This document shows positions 35,888-44,917 of a stretch of DNA of 48,210 nucleotides, piece by piece. The stretch lies in NCBI GenBank assembly GCA_021809425.1, contig JAKBAA010000017.1:1-48210 (forward strand), written 5' to 3'. Within the stretch, counting starts at the first letter, position 1, and each line of letters starts with the position of its first letter. A program made the translations under genes and the position numbers. This DNA comes from Actinomycetes bacterium. Lineage in GTDB: Bacteria > Actinomycetota > Acidimicrobiia > Acidimicrobiales > Bog-793. Below the pieces are notes generated by a model. That model saw only the letters and a list, made by a program, of their open reading frames with translations, was not told the DNA's origin and did no database searches.

Positions 35888-38164
35888 TCAGGGGCGCTCG
35901 AGCCGGATGACGACCGACTTCGAGGTGGGCGTGTTGCTCACCTCGGCGGTGGATCCGAGCGGCACGAGGACGTTCGCCTCGGGGAAGTAGGCGGCGGCGC
36001 AACCGGGCGCGGTCGGGTAGGCGACGGCGCGGAAGGCCCTTACGCGGCGCTCGCCGTCGTCGAACACGCTGACGAGGTCGACGAGGTCGCCGTCGGCGAA
36101 GCCGAGGCGGGCAAGGTCGGCCGGGTCGACGAGCACGATCCGCCGGCCGCCCTTGATGCCGCGGTAGCGGTCGTCGAGCCCGTACACGGTGGTGTTGAAC
36201 TGGTCGTGGGCCCGCAGCGTCTGGAGGAGGAGGTGGCCGTCGGGAACCTCGACGGCGGTGGGCGGGTTGACGGTGAAGCGGGCCTTGCCGGTGGCGGTCG
36301 GGAAGGTACGGGCGTCGCGCGGCGGCCGCGGGAGGACGAAGCCGCCCGGCTGGTCGAGGCGCTCCTCGAAGGCATGGAACCCGGGGACGACGCGCTCGAT
36401 GTGCTTGCGGATCACCCGGTAGTCGTCGCCCATCGACCCCCAGCCGAGGTCCTCCCCGAAGCGCGCGGCGGCGATGCCGGTGACGATGGCCACCTCGCTG
36501 CGGAGCCCGGCCGAGACGGGGGCCAGCCGCCCTCGCGAGGCGTGGACCATGCTCATCGAGTCCTCCACCGTCACGAGCTGCTCGCCGCCCGGGCGGACGT
36601 CCCGCTCGGTCCGCCCGAGGCAGGGCAGGACGAGCGCCTCCCGCCCGTGGCAGAGGTGGGTGCGGTTGAGCTTCGTGGCGATGTTGACGGTGAGGGCGCA
36701 CGTGGCGAGCGCCGCCTCGGTGACGGCCGTGTCGGGTGCGGCCGCGGCGAAGTTGCCGCCGAGCGCCACGAAGACGTCCACCCGGCCGGCCCGCATCGCC
36801 TCGATGGCGCGTACCGTGTCGTAACCGTGGTGCCGGGGCGGCTCGAAGCCGAACTCGTCGCGCAGCCCGTCGAGGAAGGCATCGGGGGCCTTCTCCCAGA
36901 TGCCCATGGTGCGGTCGCCCTGGACGTTGCTGTGGCCGCGCACCGGCGCCGGCCCGGCGCCGGGGCGGCCGATGTTGCCGCGCAGCAGGAGGAAGTTGAC
37001 GACCTCCTGGATGGTGGCGACGGCGTTGCGGTGCTGGGTGAGGCCCATCGCCCAGCACACGACGATGCGCTCGGCGCCGGCGACGGTGTCGGCGAGCTCC
37101 TCGACGGCGGCCCGCGGGATGCCGCTCAGGCGCTCGAGGGCGGGCCAGTCGAGCTGGCGCCACGCCGCGGCGGCGGCCTCGAAGCCGTCGCAGTGGGTGG
37201 CGATGAATGCGCCGTCGAGCACCGTGCCGGGCTGCCGGTCCTCCCGCTCGAGGAGAGCCCGGTTGAGGGCGGCGAACAGGGCGAGGTCGCCGTTGACGCG
37301 CACCGGGACGATGGCGTCGGTGAGGACGGTGCCCGCCCCGATCAGGCCACGCGCCACCTGCGGGTTGCGGAAGCGGGTGAACGCCGCCTCGGGCAGCGGG
37401 TTGACGGCGACGATGCGGGCGCCGCGACGCTTGGCCTTCTCGAGCGCGGTCAGCATCCGAGGGTGGTTGGTGCCCGGGTTCTGGCCGACCACGAAGATGA
37501 GGTCGGCGTGGTCCTCGAGGTCGGCGAGGGTGACGGTGCCCTTGCCGATGCCGATCGTCGCCGACAGCGCCGCCCCGCTCGACTCGTGGCACATGTTGGA
37601 GCAGTCGGGGAGGTTGTTCGTGCCGAGGCGCCGGGCGAGCAGCTGGTAGACGAACGCCGCCTCGTTGCTGGCGCGGCCGCTCGTGTAGAACACCGCGCGG
37701 TCGGGGTCGGGGAGCCCACGCAACCGGTCGGCGACGAGGCGGAGGGCGTCGTCCCAGGCGATCGGCTCGAAGTGGGTGGCGCCGGGGGCGAGGTAGACCG
37801 GGTCGGTGAGCCGGCCGTTGGCCTCGAGCCAGTGGTCGTCACGGCTGCGCAGCTCGGCCACCGAGTGCCGGGCGAAGAACCCGGCGTCGACGCGCTTTCG
37901 GGTCGCCTCCCACGCCACCGCCTTGGCGCCGTTCTCGCAGAACTCGGCGAGGCGGCGGTGCTCGGGGTCGGGGTCTGGCCAGGCGCAGCTCGGGCAGTCG
38001 AACCCCCCGTCGTGGTTGACCCGCGTCAGCACCTTGAGCGAGCGCCGGACACCCATCTCCTCGAGGGCGTGCTCCATCGAGCTCGCGATCGCCGGCATGC
38101 CGACCGCCGAGCGCTTGGGCGTGCCCACGCGGATCGCCCCGGCGTCGATCTGCTCCGCCTCCAC
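35888..38164 (-). CDS. ydeP: FdhF/YdeP-family molybdopterin (bis-MGD) oxidoreductase
   Basis: Collinear with E. coli YdeP: GGFDCPSCAWPDP, ENGAKAVAWE, FYTSGRASNEAAFVYQL, PDCSNMCHE, GQNPGTNHPRMLT, RGHSNVQGDRTMGI, VEDSMSMVHASRG, DQFNTTVYGLDDRYRG. Confidence 0.9.
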   Translation of the reverse strand: MEAEQIDAGAIRVGTPKRSAVGMPAIASSMEHALEEMGVRRSLKVLTRVNHDGGFDCPSCAWPDPDPEHRRLAEFCENGAKAVAWEATRKRVDAGFFARHSVAELRSRDDHWLEANGRLTDPVYLAPGATHFEPIAWDDALRLVADRLRGLPDPDRAVFYTSGRASNEAAFVYQLLARRLGTNNLPDCSNMCHESSGAALSATIGIGKGTVTLADLEDHADLIFVVGQNPGTNHPRMLTALEKAKRRGARIVAVNPLPEAAFTRFRNPQVARGLIGAGTVLTDAIVPVRVNGDLALFAALNRALLEREDRQPGTVLDGAFIATHCDGFEAAAAAWRQLDWPALERLSGIPRAAVEELADTVAGAERIVVCWAMGLTQHRNAVATIQEVVNFLLLRGNIGRPGAGPAPVRGHSNVQGDRTMGIWEKAPDAFLDGLRDEFGFEPPRHHGYDTVRAIEAMRAGRVDVFVALGGNFAAAAPDTAVTEAALATCALTVNIATKLNRTHLCHGREALVLPCLGRTERDVRPGGEQLVTVEDSMSMVHASRGRLAPVSAGLRSEVAIVTGIAAARFGEDLGWGSMGDDYRVIRKHIERVVPGFHAFEERLDQPGGFVLPRPPRDARTFPTATGKARFTVNPPTAVEVPDGHLLLQTLRAHDQFNTTVYGLDDRYRGIKGGRRIVLVDPADLARLGFADGDLVDLVSVFDDGERRVRAFRAVAYPTAPGCAAAYFPEANVLVPLGSTAEVSNTPTSKSVVIRLERP

Positions 38165-38294
38165 TCCCTACCTCACCTCACCGTCGTGCCGCTGCCAGGA
38201 TGGCGCCGCGCGCGTACGCAGGGCGCGGCGTGCGGCGGAGCCCCTATTCAAGGGGAAGGACCGGCCGGCGTCCAGCTCGCCGCCGGCGCCCAGG

Positions 38295-39668
38295 TCACGC
38301 GCCGACCGTCGCGAAGGGCGCGCCGGGCCAGCCGGCCGGCCAGGACCGGTCGTCGCGCTCGGGAAGGAACGACCCGTCGGCCGCCTGACGGTAGCGACCG
38401 CGGGTCCCTCCGGCCGCCACGGTGCGCAGCGCGCGTCCGAGGCGGCCGAGGTCGTCGCCGGACGAGCTCACGCCGAGGCTCGCCCGGACGGCACCGGGCA
38501 GGGTTCGCTCGCAGCCGGGCGCCGCCGGTGCGCCGTCCGGCACCAGGTGCTCGAGCAGGCGATGGGCGCAGAACGAGCCGCTCCGCACGGCGATGCCGTG
38601 CTCGGCGCTCAGCACGGCGGCGAGCTCGGCCGGCGGGTGACCGGCGAGGTTGAAGGTGGCGAGCGCCATCACGTCGCCGGCGTCGGGCCAGAGCCGGTAC
38701 GTGGTGAGACCGGGGACCGAGCCGAGCACGTCGTGCAGCGAGCCGGCCAGCTCTCGGTCGTGCGCGGCGACGCCGTCCATGCCGAGCGACCCGAGCGTGT
38801 CGCAAGCGCTGGCGAGGGCGACGGCGCCGACCACGTTCGGCGAGCCGGCCTCGTGGCGGGCCGGGAGCCCGTGCAGCTCGGCGCCGGTTGCGCCCACCCG
38901 GCGCACGGCGCCGCCCCCCTGCAGGTACGGGTCGGCCGCCTCCAGCCAGGCGCTCGACCCGACGAGGGCGCCGGAGCCGAAGGGTGCGTACAGCTTGTGC
39001 CCCGACAGCGCCACCCAGTCGAGCCCGAGCGCCGAGCTGTCGATCGGCCGGTGCGGCGCCAGCTGGGCGGCGTCGACGAAGATGCGCGCCCCGGCACGGT
39101 GCGCCAGCTCGGCGAGCTCGCCGATCGGCCATACCTCGCCGGTCACGTTGGAGGCGCCGGTGGTGGCCACGAGGACGGGGCCGCTGCCGCGGGACTCGGC
39201 GAGCGCCTGGCGGTAGGACGACAGGAGCGCCGCTCGGCTGGTCGGCGCCGGGAGCTCGACGACGGTTGCGTAGCGGCGCCACGGCAGCAGGTTGGCGTGG
39301 TGCTCCGCCGCCGTCGTCAGCACCGTGGTGCCCGGCGGGCACGACCGGGCCAGCAGGTTGACGGCGTCGGTCGTGTTGCGGGTGAAGAGGACCACGTGGT
39401 CGCTCGTGGCGCCGAGGAAGCGCCGCACCGACTGGCGTGCCTGCTCGTACCGGGCCGTCGACAGGCGCGACGGGTAGCCGTCGCCACGGTGCACGCTCGC
39501 GTACCAGGGCAGGAATTCAGCGACCGCCCGCCAGACCGCCTCGAGCGCCGGGGTGCTCGCCGCGTGGTCGAGGTTCACCTGTCGGGCCTCGCTGCCGCCG
39601 AGGAGCGGCACGGCGAGATCACCCCCGACGACGGGGGCGATCGGCGCGATCGGCAGGGCAGCGGCCAT
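38295..39668 (-). CDS. Aminotransferase class V fold PLP enzyme (cysteine desulfurase / selenocysteine lyase-like)
   Basis: Class V fold with PLP-lysine SGHKLYAPFGSGALVG and a C-terminal Cys loop RSGSFCAH. GAGAGGAAGGAA Shine-Dalgarno before ATG 39668. Same strand as, and immediately upstream of, ydeP. Confidence 0.85.
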   Translation of the reverse strand: MAAALPIAPIAPVVGGDLAVPLLGGSEARQVNLDHAASTPALEAVWRAVAEFLPWYASVHRGDGYPSRLSTARYEQARQSVRRFLGATSDHVVLFTRNTTDAVNLLARSCPPGTTVLTTAAEHHANLLPWRRYATVVELPAPTSRAALLSSYRQALAESRGSGPVLVATTGASNVTGEVWPIGELAELAHRAGARIFVDAAQLAPHRPIDSSALGLDWVALSGHKLYAPFGSGALVGSSAWLEAADPYLQGGGAVRRVGATGAELHGLPARHEAGSPNVVGAVALASACDTLGSLGMDGVAAHDRELAGSLHDVLGSVPGLTTYRLWPDAGDVMALATFNLAGHPPAELAAVLSAEHGIAVRSGSFCAHRLLEHLVPDGAPAAPGCERTLPGAVRASLGVSSSGDDLGRLGRALRTVAAGGTRGRYRQAADGSFLPERDDRSWPAGWPGAPFATVGA

Positions 39669-40137
39669 GTTCCTTCCTCTCCCCGAGGCGCCGCTCGCCG
39701 GAGGGCTGGCCGATGCGCAACCGGGCGTCGACGACGCACGGAGGAGGGCTGCTCGACACTTGGTTGCCCTTGCGGGCCACATCTCCACCCTTCGGCGAAC
39801 GGGCACCTTGGATGTCGGTCCAGGTTGCCAGGCCCACGGCGTGGGCCGTTCTTGATGCGCCTCCGAACGTAGCCGGGGCGCCGGGTGGCGTCAACGTGGC
39901 CCGACGGCACGCCGGCGGTGCCGATCGACCGCCGCCGTCCGCCCGGCGCGTGGCACCGGTTGCAGGGGCGCCGAGCGGGCCAGGCCGGGCGGGCCGCCGG
40001 ACGGCCGCCATCGCCGAGGCCAGGGGAGCGGTGACAGACTGGCACCGAGGACGCCCCGTCCGGCCGACCGTGGCCGGCGACGGGCGTCGCGAGGGCGGCC
40101 GGCAGCGCCGCAAGGCGACCGGCGAAGGGGGTGTGGG

Positions 40138-40359
40138 GTGTCGTTCGGAGCGCAGGGCGACCCGGCGTCGCCGGTCGGTCGTGTCGGGCAGGTCCTCACG
40201 GCCATCCCCGGCGGGACGAGCCCCGGCGAGGTGCGCCTCGCCATCCGCGGCGGGACGGAGCTGTTCCTCGCCTACTGCGACTCCCCGGTGGATCGCGGCG
40301 CCGCGGTGCTCGTCGTGGAGGACCTGGGAGGGCGCGCCGTGCGCGTCTTTCCGGACTGA
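40138..40359 (+). CDS. Short NfeD-like OB-fold domain protein (73 aa), no TM segments
   Basis: GQVLTAIPGGTSPGEVRLAIRGGTELFLAYCDSPVDRGAAVLVVEDLGGRAVRVFP fits the C-terminal beta-barrel of NfeD/YuaF. AAGGGG Shine-Dalgarno before the GTG. Sits 80 nt upstream of the flotillin gene. Confidence 0.55.
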   Translation: MSFGAQGDPASPVGRVGQVLTAIPGGTSPGEVRLAIRGGTELFLAYCDSPVDRGAAVLVVEDLGGRAVRVFPD

Positions 40360-40438
40360 GCTCGAGACCCCGGGGGCGGTGCCCCCGGGCGGCAACCCGG
40401 GCGGTGTGCCCGGACGGCAACGGAGAGAGGAGCACGGG

Positions 40439-41611
40439 ATGCTGGGATGGCGGGTACCTGCACCGAACGAGGCCCTGCTCGTGAGCGGAGGGAACATGGC
40501 CGCCGACGGCCTGCCGTTCCGGATCGTGACCGGCAAGGGCGCCTTCGTGCTGCCCATCCGGCGCAGCGCCTACTTCCTCACCCTGTCGATGCAGGAGGCC
40601 GAGGTGAGCGAGCCGTGCGTGAGCAAGCAGGGGATCACCCTGCAGGTGCGCGCGGTGATCGCCTTCAAGGTCGGCGACGACCATCCTTCCATCGCGAACG
40701 CCGCCCGCCGGTTCCTCGACGACCAGAGCTCGATGCCGAAGCTGGTCGGGAGGATCTTCGCCGGGCACCTGCGGGCGATCGTGGGGTCGATGACGATCGA
40801 GGACATCATCCGGGAGCGCCAGAAGCTCGCCTCGGAGGTGCTCGACGCCTCCAAGCCGGAGATGGCCACGCTCGGCCTCGTGGTCGACTCGTTCCAGATC
40901 GAGTCGATCAGCGACGAGAGCGGCTACATCACGGCGCTCAGCCAGCCCCACGTGGCGGCGGTCAACCAGGCGGCGCGCATCGCCCAGGCGCAGGCCGACC
41001 AGGCGGCCGCCGAAGCCCAGCAGGCATCCGACCGGGCCCAGGCGGAGTTCTCCCAGCAGACGGCCTTGAAGAAAGCGGAGCTCCAGGCACAGACCGACGC
41101 CGCCCAGCGGCGCGCCTCCCAGGCCGGGCCGCTCGCAGAGGCCCAGGCGGCCCAGGAGGTGCTGCGGGAGCAGGCCAAGGTCGCCGACGCCCGCGCCGAG
41201 CTGACGCGGCGCGCGCTGCAGTCCGAGGTCGTCGCACCGGCCGAGGCCGATGCCCGCAGGGTCGAGATCGCCGCCCAGGCCGACGCCACGGCGGCACGGC
41301 TCGTGGCCGAGGCGACGGCCACCCATGGCGGCATCATCCTCGAGCGGATGCTCGTGGAGCAGTACCCGGAGGTCGCCCGCGCCGTCGCCGCGGAGCTCGC
41401 CAACGCCCACATCACCCTGTTCGACGGCGCCAACGGCCTGAGCGCCCTTACCGCCGGCGTCATCGGCCAGGGTGGCGCCGTGTTCGAGGCACTGCGCCGG
41501 GCGATGGGCCAGGCCCCGACGTCGCCGGCGCGGTGGAACGGGGCTGCGGGTCCCGTCGAGACGGCAGTGGCCGAGCAGGGCGACCAGGCGGGTGCGACCC
41601 GGGCGGGCTGA
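40439..41611 (+). CDS. SPFH/band-7 flotillin-like protein
   Basis: N-terminal hairpin, SPFH domain, then a long Ala/Glu/Gln coiled-coil (AQAQADQAAAEAQQASDRAQAEF...). GGAGAGAGGAG Shine-Dalgarno before the ATG. Confidence 0.85.
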   Translation: MLGWRVPAPNEALLVSGGNMAADGLPFRIVTGKGAFVLPIRRSAYFLTLSMQEAEVSEPCVSKQGITLQVRAVIAFKVGDDHPSIANAARRFLDDQSSMPKLVGRIFAGHLRAIVGSMTIEDIIRERQKLASEVLDASKPEMATLGLVVDSFQIESISDESGYITALSQPHVAAVNQAARIAQAQADQAAAEAQQASDRAQAEFSQQTALKKAELQAQTDAAQRRASQAGPLAEAQAAQEVLREQAKVADARAELTRRALQSEVVAPAEADARRVEIAAQADATAARLVAEATATHGGIILERMLVEQYPEVARAVAAELANAHITLFDGANGLSALTAGVIGQGGAVFEALRRAMGQAPTSPARWNGAAGPVETAVAEQGDQAGATRAG

Positions 41612-41701
41612 CGCGTCGCGCACGCCGACGACCGGTGCCTCCCGGGAGCCGGTCGGCCGGGCGGGAGGTCGGGGTCACCGAGCCCGCCGCGGCCCGCCCG
41701 G

Positions 41702-41959
41702 TCACTTCCAGCGGAAGTGGACGAAGATCCGCCCGTGGTTGTCGGCGTCCTTCTCGACGCGGTGGTACAGGTCGCGCACGTCCCGCTGGGCGAGGTAGCG
41801 AAGGACGCGCTTCTTCAGCTGGCCCGACCCCTTGCCCGGGATGATCTCCACCTCGGTCGCATGGATGCGCACCGCCTCGGCCATGACCGACCGCAGCGCC
41901 TCGTCGATCCGGTCGCTGCGGTTGTAGACGTCGTGGAGGTCGAGCTTGAGCTTGGTCAC
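41702..41959 (-). CDS. Smr (MutS2 C-terminal-like) domain protein, 85 aa
   Basis: LDLHDV...AEAVRIHATEVEIIPGKGSGQLKKRVLRYLAQ...VHFRWK matches the Smr consensus (LDLHG...V.II.GKG). Only the C-terminal 85 aa of ORF 41702..43126 are real. Confidence 0.7.
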   Translation of the reverse strand: MTKLKLDLHDVYNRSDRIDEALRSVMAEAVRIHATEVEIIPGKGSGQLKKRVLRYLAQRDVRDLYHRVEKDADNHGRIFVHFRWK

Positions 41960-42091
41960 GCCTCGACGAGTATCCCATCGTGGCACCGGGACCGGTCGGC
42001 ACGTCGGGGCGCGAGACTGCTGGTGCACGCGCGCCGGCATCGGGGGGCGGTGGGCGTGCACCCGGCGGTTGGGACAGCTTCGGAGGCGTCG

Positions 42092-43120
42092 ATGGAGTGG
42101 ACGGCACGTAACGATCGCTACGAGACGATGCAGTACCGGCGCTGCGGGCGCAGCGGCCTCGACCTGCCGTTGCTGTCGCTCGGGTTGTGGCAGAACTTCG
42201 GCGGGGCGCGCGCCTTCGAGGAGAGCCGGGCGATCCTCCGCCGGGCGTTCGACGCCGGGATCACCCACTTCGACCTCGCGAACAACTACGGGCCGCCCTA
42301 CGGGTCGGCAGAGGAGACCTTCGGTCGGGCGCTCGCCACCGATCTCCGGCCGTACCGCGACGAGCTGGTCGTGTCGACCAAGGCCGGCTACGACATGTGG
42401 CCCGGTCCCTACGGGCAAGGTGGCGGCTCGCGCAAGTACTTGCTGGCGAGCCTCGACCAGAGCCTCCGACGGCTCGGCCTCGACTACGTCGACATCTTCT
42501 ACTCCCACCGCGTCGACCCGACGACGCCGCTCGAGGAGACGATGGGTGCCCTGGACACGGCCGTGCGCCAGGGCAAGGCCCTGTACGCCGGCATCTCCTC
42601 CTACTCGCCGGAGCGCACCAGCGAGGCGGCGCGACTGCTGGCAGCGCTCGGCACGCCGCTGCTCATCCACCAGCCGTCGTACTCGATGCTCAACCGGTGG
42701 ATCGAGCACGGCCTGCTCGACGTGCTGGCGGACGAGGGGGTGGGCTGCATCGCCTTCTCGCCGCTCGCCCAGGGCATGCTGACCGACCGCTACCTCGAGG
42801 GGATCCCGGCCGATGCTCGCGCCGCGCGCGGCGGCTCGCTCGATCCGGCGTTCCTCAGCGAGGAGAACCTGGCGAGCATCCGGGCGCTCGACGAGCTCGC
42901 TGCGTCGCGAGGCCAGACGCTGGCCCAGATGGCGGTGGCCTGGGTGCTGCGCGACCCCCGGGTCACCTCGGCGCTCGTCGGGGTGAGCAGCTTGGCGCAG
43001 CTCGATGCCAACCTTGCCGCCCTCGACCGGCTGGCCTTCACCGGCGACGAGCTGGCGGCGATCGACGCCCGGGCGCGCGAGGGCGGGATCGACCTCTGGG
43101 CGCCGTCCCGGCGCGCCTAG
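42092..43120 (+). CDS. Aldo/keto reductase, YghZ/Gpr/Tas family (L-glyceraldehyde-3-phosphate reductase-like)
   Basis: N-terminus MEWTARNDRYETMQYRRCGRSGLDLPLLSLGLWQNFG is collinear with E. coli YghZ. AKR catalytic tetrad context (FDLANNYG, VSTKAGY). CGGAGG Shine-Dalgarno before the ATG. Confidence 0.85.
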   Translation: MEWTARNDRYETMQYRRCGRSGLDLPLLSLGLWQNFGGARAFEESRAILRRAFDAGITHFDLANNYGPPYGSAEETFGRALATDLRPYRDELVVSTKAGYDMWPGPYGQGGGSRKYLLASLDQSLRRLGLDYVDIFYSHRVDPTTPLEETMGALDTAVRQGKALYAGISSYSPERTSEAARLLAALGTPLLIHQPSYSMLNRWIEHGLLDVLADEGVGCIAFSPLAQGMLTDRYLEGIPADARAARGGSLDPAFLSEENLASIRALDELAASRGQTLAQMAVAWVLRDPRVTSALVGVSSLAQLDANLAALDRLAFTGDELAAIDARAREGGIDLWAPSRRA

Positions 43121-43270
43121 GGGCACCGCCCGGCCACGGGCTCGGCGCGTCGGCGCCGGGCGAGCGCGACGAGGAGCACGGCCAGACCGGCGGCGGCGAG
43201 CCTGCTCGCGAGTGCCGCGGCGCCCCGGGGGCCGCGGCAGCGGTCAAATCGGGGCGTCGACGTCCGTTAT

Positions 43271-43298
43271 GGTCTCGCGCCGCGACGCGCCCCGCGTC
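43271..43298. promoter_or_regulatory. Perfect 12-bp inverted repeat with a 4-nt loop (CGCCGCGACGCG cccc CGCGTCGCGGCG). It lies in the 213-bp spacer between the AKR gene and the beta-propeller gene. Read as a likely terminator or 5'-UTR regulatory hairpin.
   Basis: Read directly from the sequence; the stem is perfectly complementary. An AGGGAGGA Shine-Dalgarno for the downstream gene follows ~20 nt later. Confidence 0.5.
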
Positions 43299-43332
43299 GC
43301 GGCGTCCATGTCGACAGGGAGGACCGACGCGC

Positions 43333-44784
43333 ATGCAGCGCTCCCACCGCCGCAGGTCCGCACGCCTCGCGGTCGCCCTCGGTGCCGCCGTCCTGGCAGC
43401 CCTCGGGGCCGCAGGCGGGGCAGCCGGCGTGCGTCCGCGTGCCGCCGCTTCGTTCCAGCCGACCTGGTCGACCGTGGTCGACCCGGCCGCGCCCATCGCG
43501 CAGTCGTCGCCGGTGGTGGCCGACCTCAGCGGCACCCCGGCAGTGTTGGTCGGCGACCTGCACGGGCTGCTCCACGCCCTTTCGCTCGCCACCGGCCACG
43601 AGCTGCCCGGCTGGCCGGTCCAGCTGGGGGCGGCGATCGAGAGCTCGCCGTCGACCTCGGGCAGCACCGTCTTCGTGGGGGTCGGCAGCGCCGCCCAGCC
43701 GAACGGCGGCGGCTACGACGCCGTGTCGGCCGCCGGCACCCTGCGCTGGTCGACCCCGGTGCGCTACCAGCCCAGCGTGGCGACCCACCGAGGCGTCGTC
43801 GCCGGCCTCACCGTCGGGCTGCTCGGCGGCCGTCCGGCCGTGGTCGGGGGGAGCCTCGGGCAGTTCCTCGACGCCCTGTCCGTGTCCAGTGGCCGCGTCC
43901 TGCCCGGCTTCCCGTGGTTCCAGGCCGACACCGTCTTCTCGACCGCCGCGCTCGCCGACCTGTACGGCAAGGGGCTCGACATCGTCGAAGGGGGCGACTC
44001 GACCGCCGGCAACGCCTTCCAGGTCGCCTACCGCAACGGAGGCCACCTGCGCATCCTTTCCGGTGCGGGCAACGTGGGCGCGAAGGCGCCGAGCGGTGGG
44101 CTTGTCTGCCAGTACGACACCGACCAGGTGGTCCAGTCGTCGCCCGCCGTCGGGCCCTTCCTCGCCGGGCGCGCCGTCGGGGTGGTCGCCGGCACCGGCA
44201 CCTTCTATGCCGGTGCGTCCGACACCGACCGCCTGCTGGCCATCGACACCGCCTGCCGGCTGGCCTGGAGCGCACGCCTCGACGGGTCGACCTCCGACAG
44301 CCCGGCGCTCGTCGACGCCCTCGGCAACGGGCGCCTGCAGGTCGCCGAGGGGACCTCGGTGGCGGGGGGCACCTCCGGCACCGTCTACCTGCTGGACGGG
44401 GCCACCGGCAAGGTCATCTGGTCGACCCCGGCGCTCGGTCCGGTGGTCGGCGGGATCACGAGCGTCGACCTCGGCAGCGGCTACCAGGACCTCGTCGTCC
44501 CCACGCTGCACGGGGTGGAGCTGCTCGACGGGCGCACGGGCGCCGTGGTCGACGTGCTCGAGACGGTCGTCGGCGTCCAGGGCTCGCCCCTCGTGACCGA
44601 CGACCCGAACGGCACGATCGGGATCACGGTCGCCGGCTACAAGGCCGGCGGCACCAGCCCGGCCGGCGAGGCGGTGGTGGAGCACTTCGAGCTGCCCGGC
44701 TCCGACGGGGCCCGGGTGACCGAGGCCGGGTCGTGGCCCGAGTTCCACCACGACCCCCAGCTCACCGGCAACGCCGACGGCTGA
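43333..44784 (+). CDS. Secreted beta-propeller repeat protein (PQQ/BamB-like or FG-GAP-like repeats) with a signal peptide
   Basis: Signal RRRSARLAVALGAAVLAALGAAGGAAG. Repeated ~40-aa units with G-x-L/V-x-A-x-D-x-x-T-G motifs (LHALSLATGHELPGWP, YLLDGATGKVIWSTPA, ELLDGRTGAVVDVL). C-terminal 483 aa of ORF 42187..44784. Confidence 0.7.
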   Translation: MQRSHRRRSARLAVALGAAVLAALGAAGGAAGVRPRAAASFQPTWSTVVDPAAPIAQSSPVVADLSGTPAVLVGDLHGLLHALSLATGHELPGWPVQLGAAIESSPSTSGSTVFVGVGSAAQPNGGGYDAVSAAGTLRWSTPVRYQPSVATHRGVVAGLTVGLLGGRPAVVGGSLGQFLDALSVSSGRVLPGFPWFQADTVFSTAALADLYGKGLDIVEGGDSTAGNAFQVAYRNGGHLRILSGAGNVGAKAPSGGLVCQYDTDQVVQSSPAVGPFLAGRAVGVVAGTGTFYAGASDTDRLLAIDTACRLAWSARLDGSTSDSPALVDALGNGRLQVAEGTSVAGGTSGTVYLLDGATGKVIWSTPALGPVVGGITSVDLGSGYQDLVVPTLHGVELLDGRTGAVVDVLETVVGVQGSPLVTDDPNGTIGITVAGYKAGGTSPAGEAVVEHFELPGSDGARVTEAGSWPEFHHDPQLTGNADG

Positions 44785-44796
44785 CCGGGCCGCCCG

Positions 44797-44917
44797 TACC
44801 CGGCCGCCGCCCGGCTGCACTGCCCGGCCGCCGCCCGGCTGCCGCCCGGCTGCTGCCCGGCTGCCGCCCGGCTGCTGCCCGGCTGCTGCCCGGCTGCGCG
44901 CAGGATCGTGGCGAGCC
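44797..44917. repeat. Intergenic GC-rich tandem repeat array. The core is GCCCGGCTGC(Y) at 11-nt period, six consecutive copies plus degenerate leading 23-nt units.
   Basis: Sequence ...CCGGCCGCCGCCCGGCTGCACTG CCCGGCCGCCGCCCGGCTGC C GCCCGGCTGC T GCCCGGCTGC C GCCCGGCTGC T GCCCGGCTGC T GCCCGGCTGC GCGCAGG. The period is not a multiple of 3, and it lies between the stop at 44784 and the start at 44995. Confidence 0.8.

Noticed and set aside
44797-44917. Possible CRISPR array
   Set aside because: The repeat unit is only 10-11 nt, there are no unique spacers, and no cas genes are nearby. It is a simple tandem repeat, not a CRISPR.
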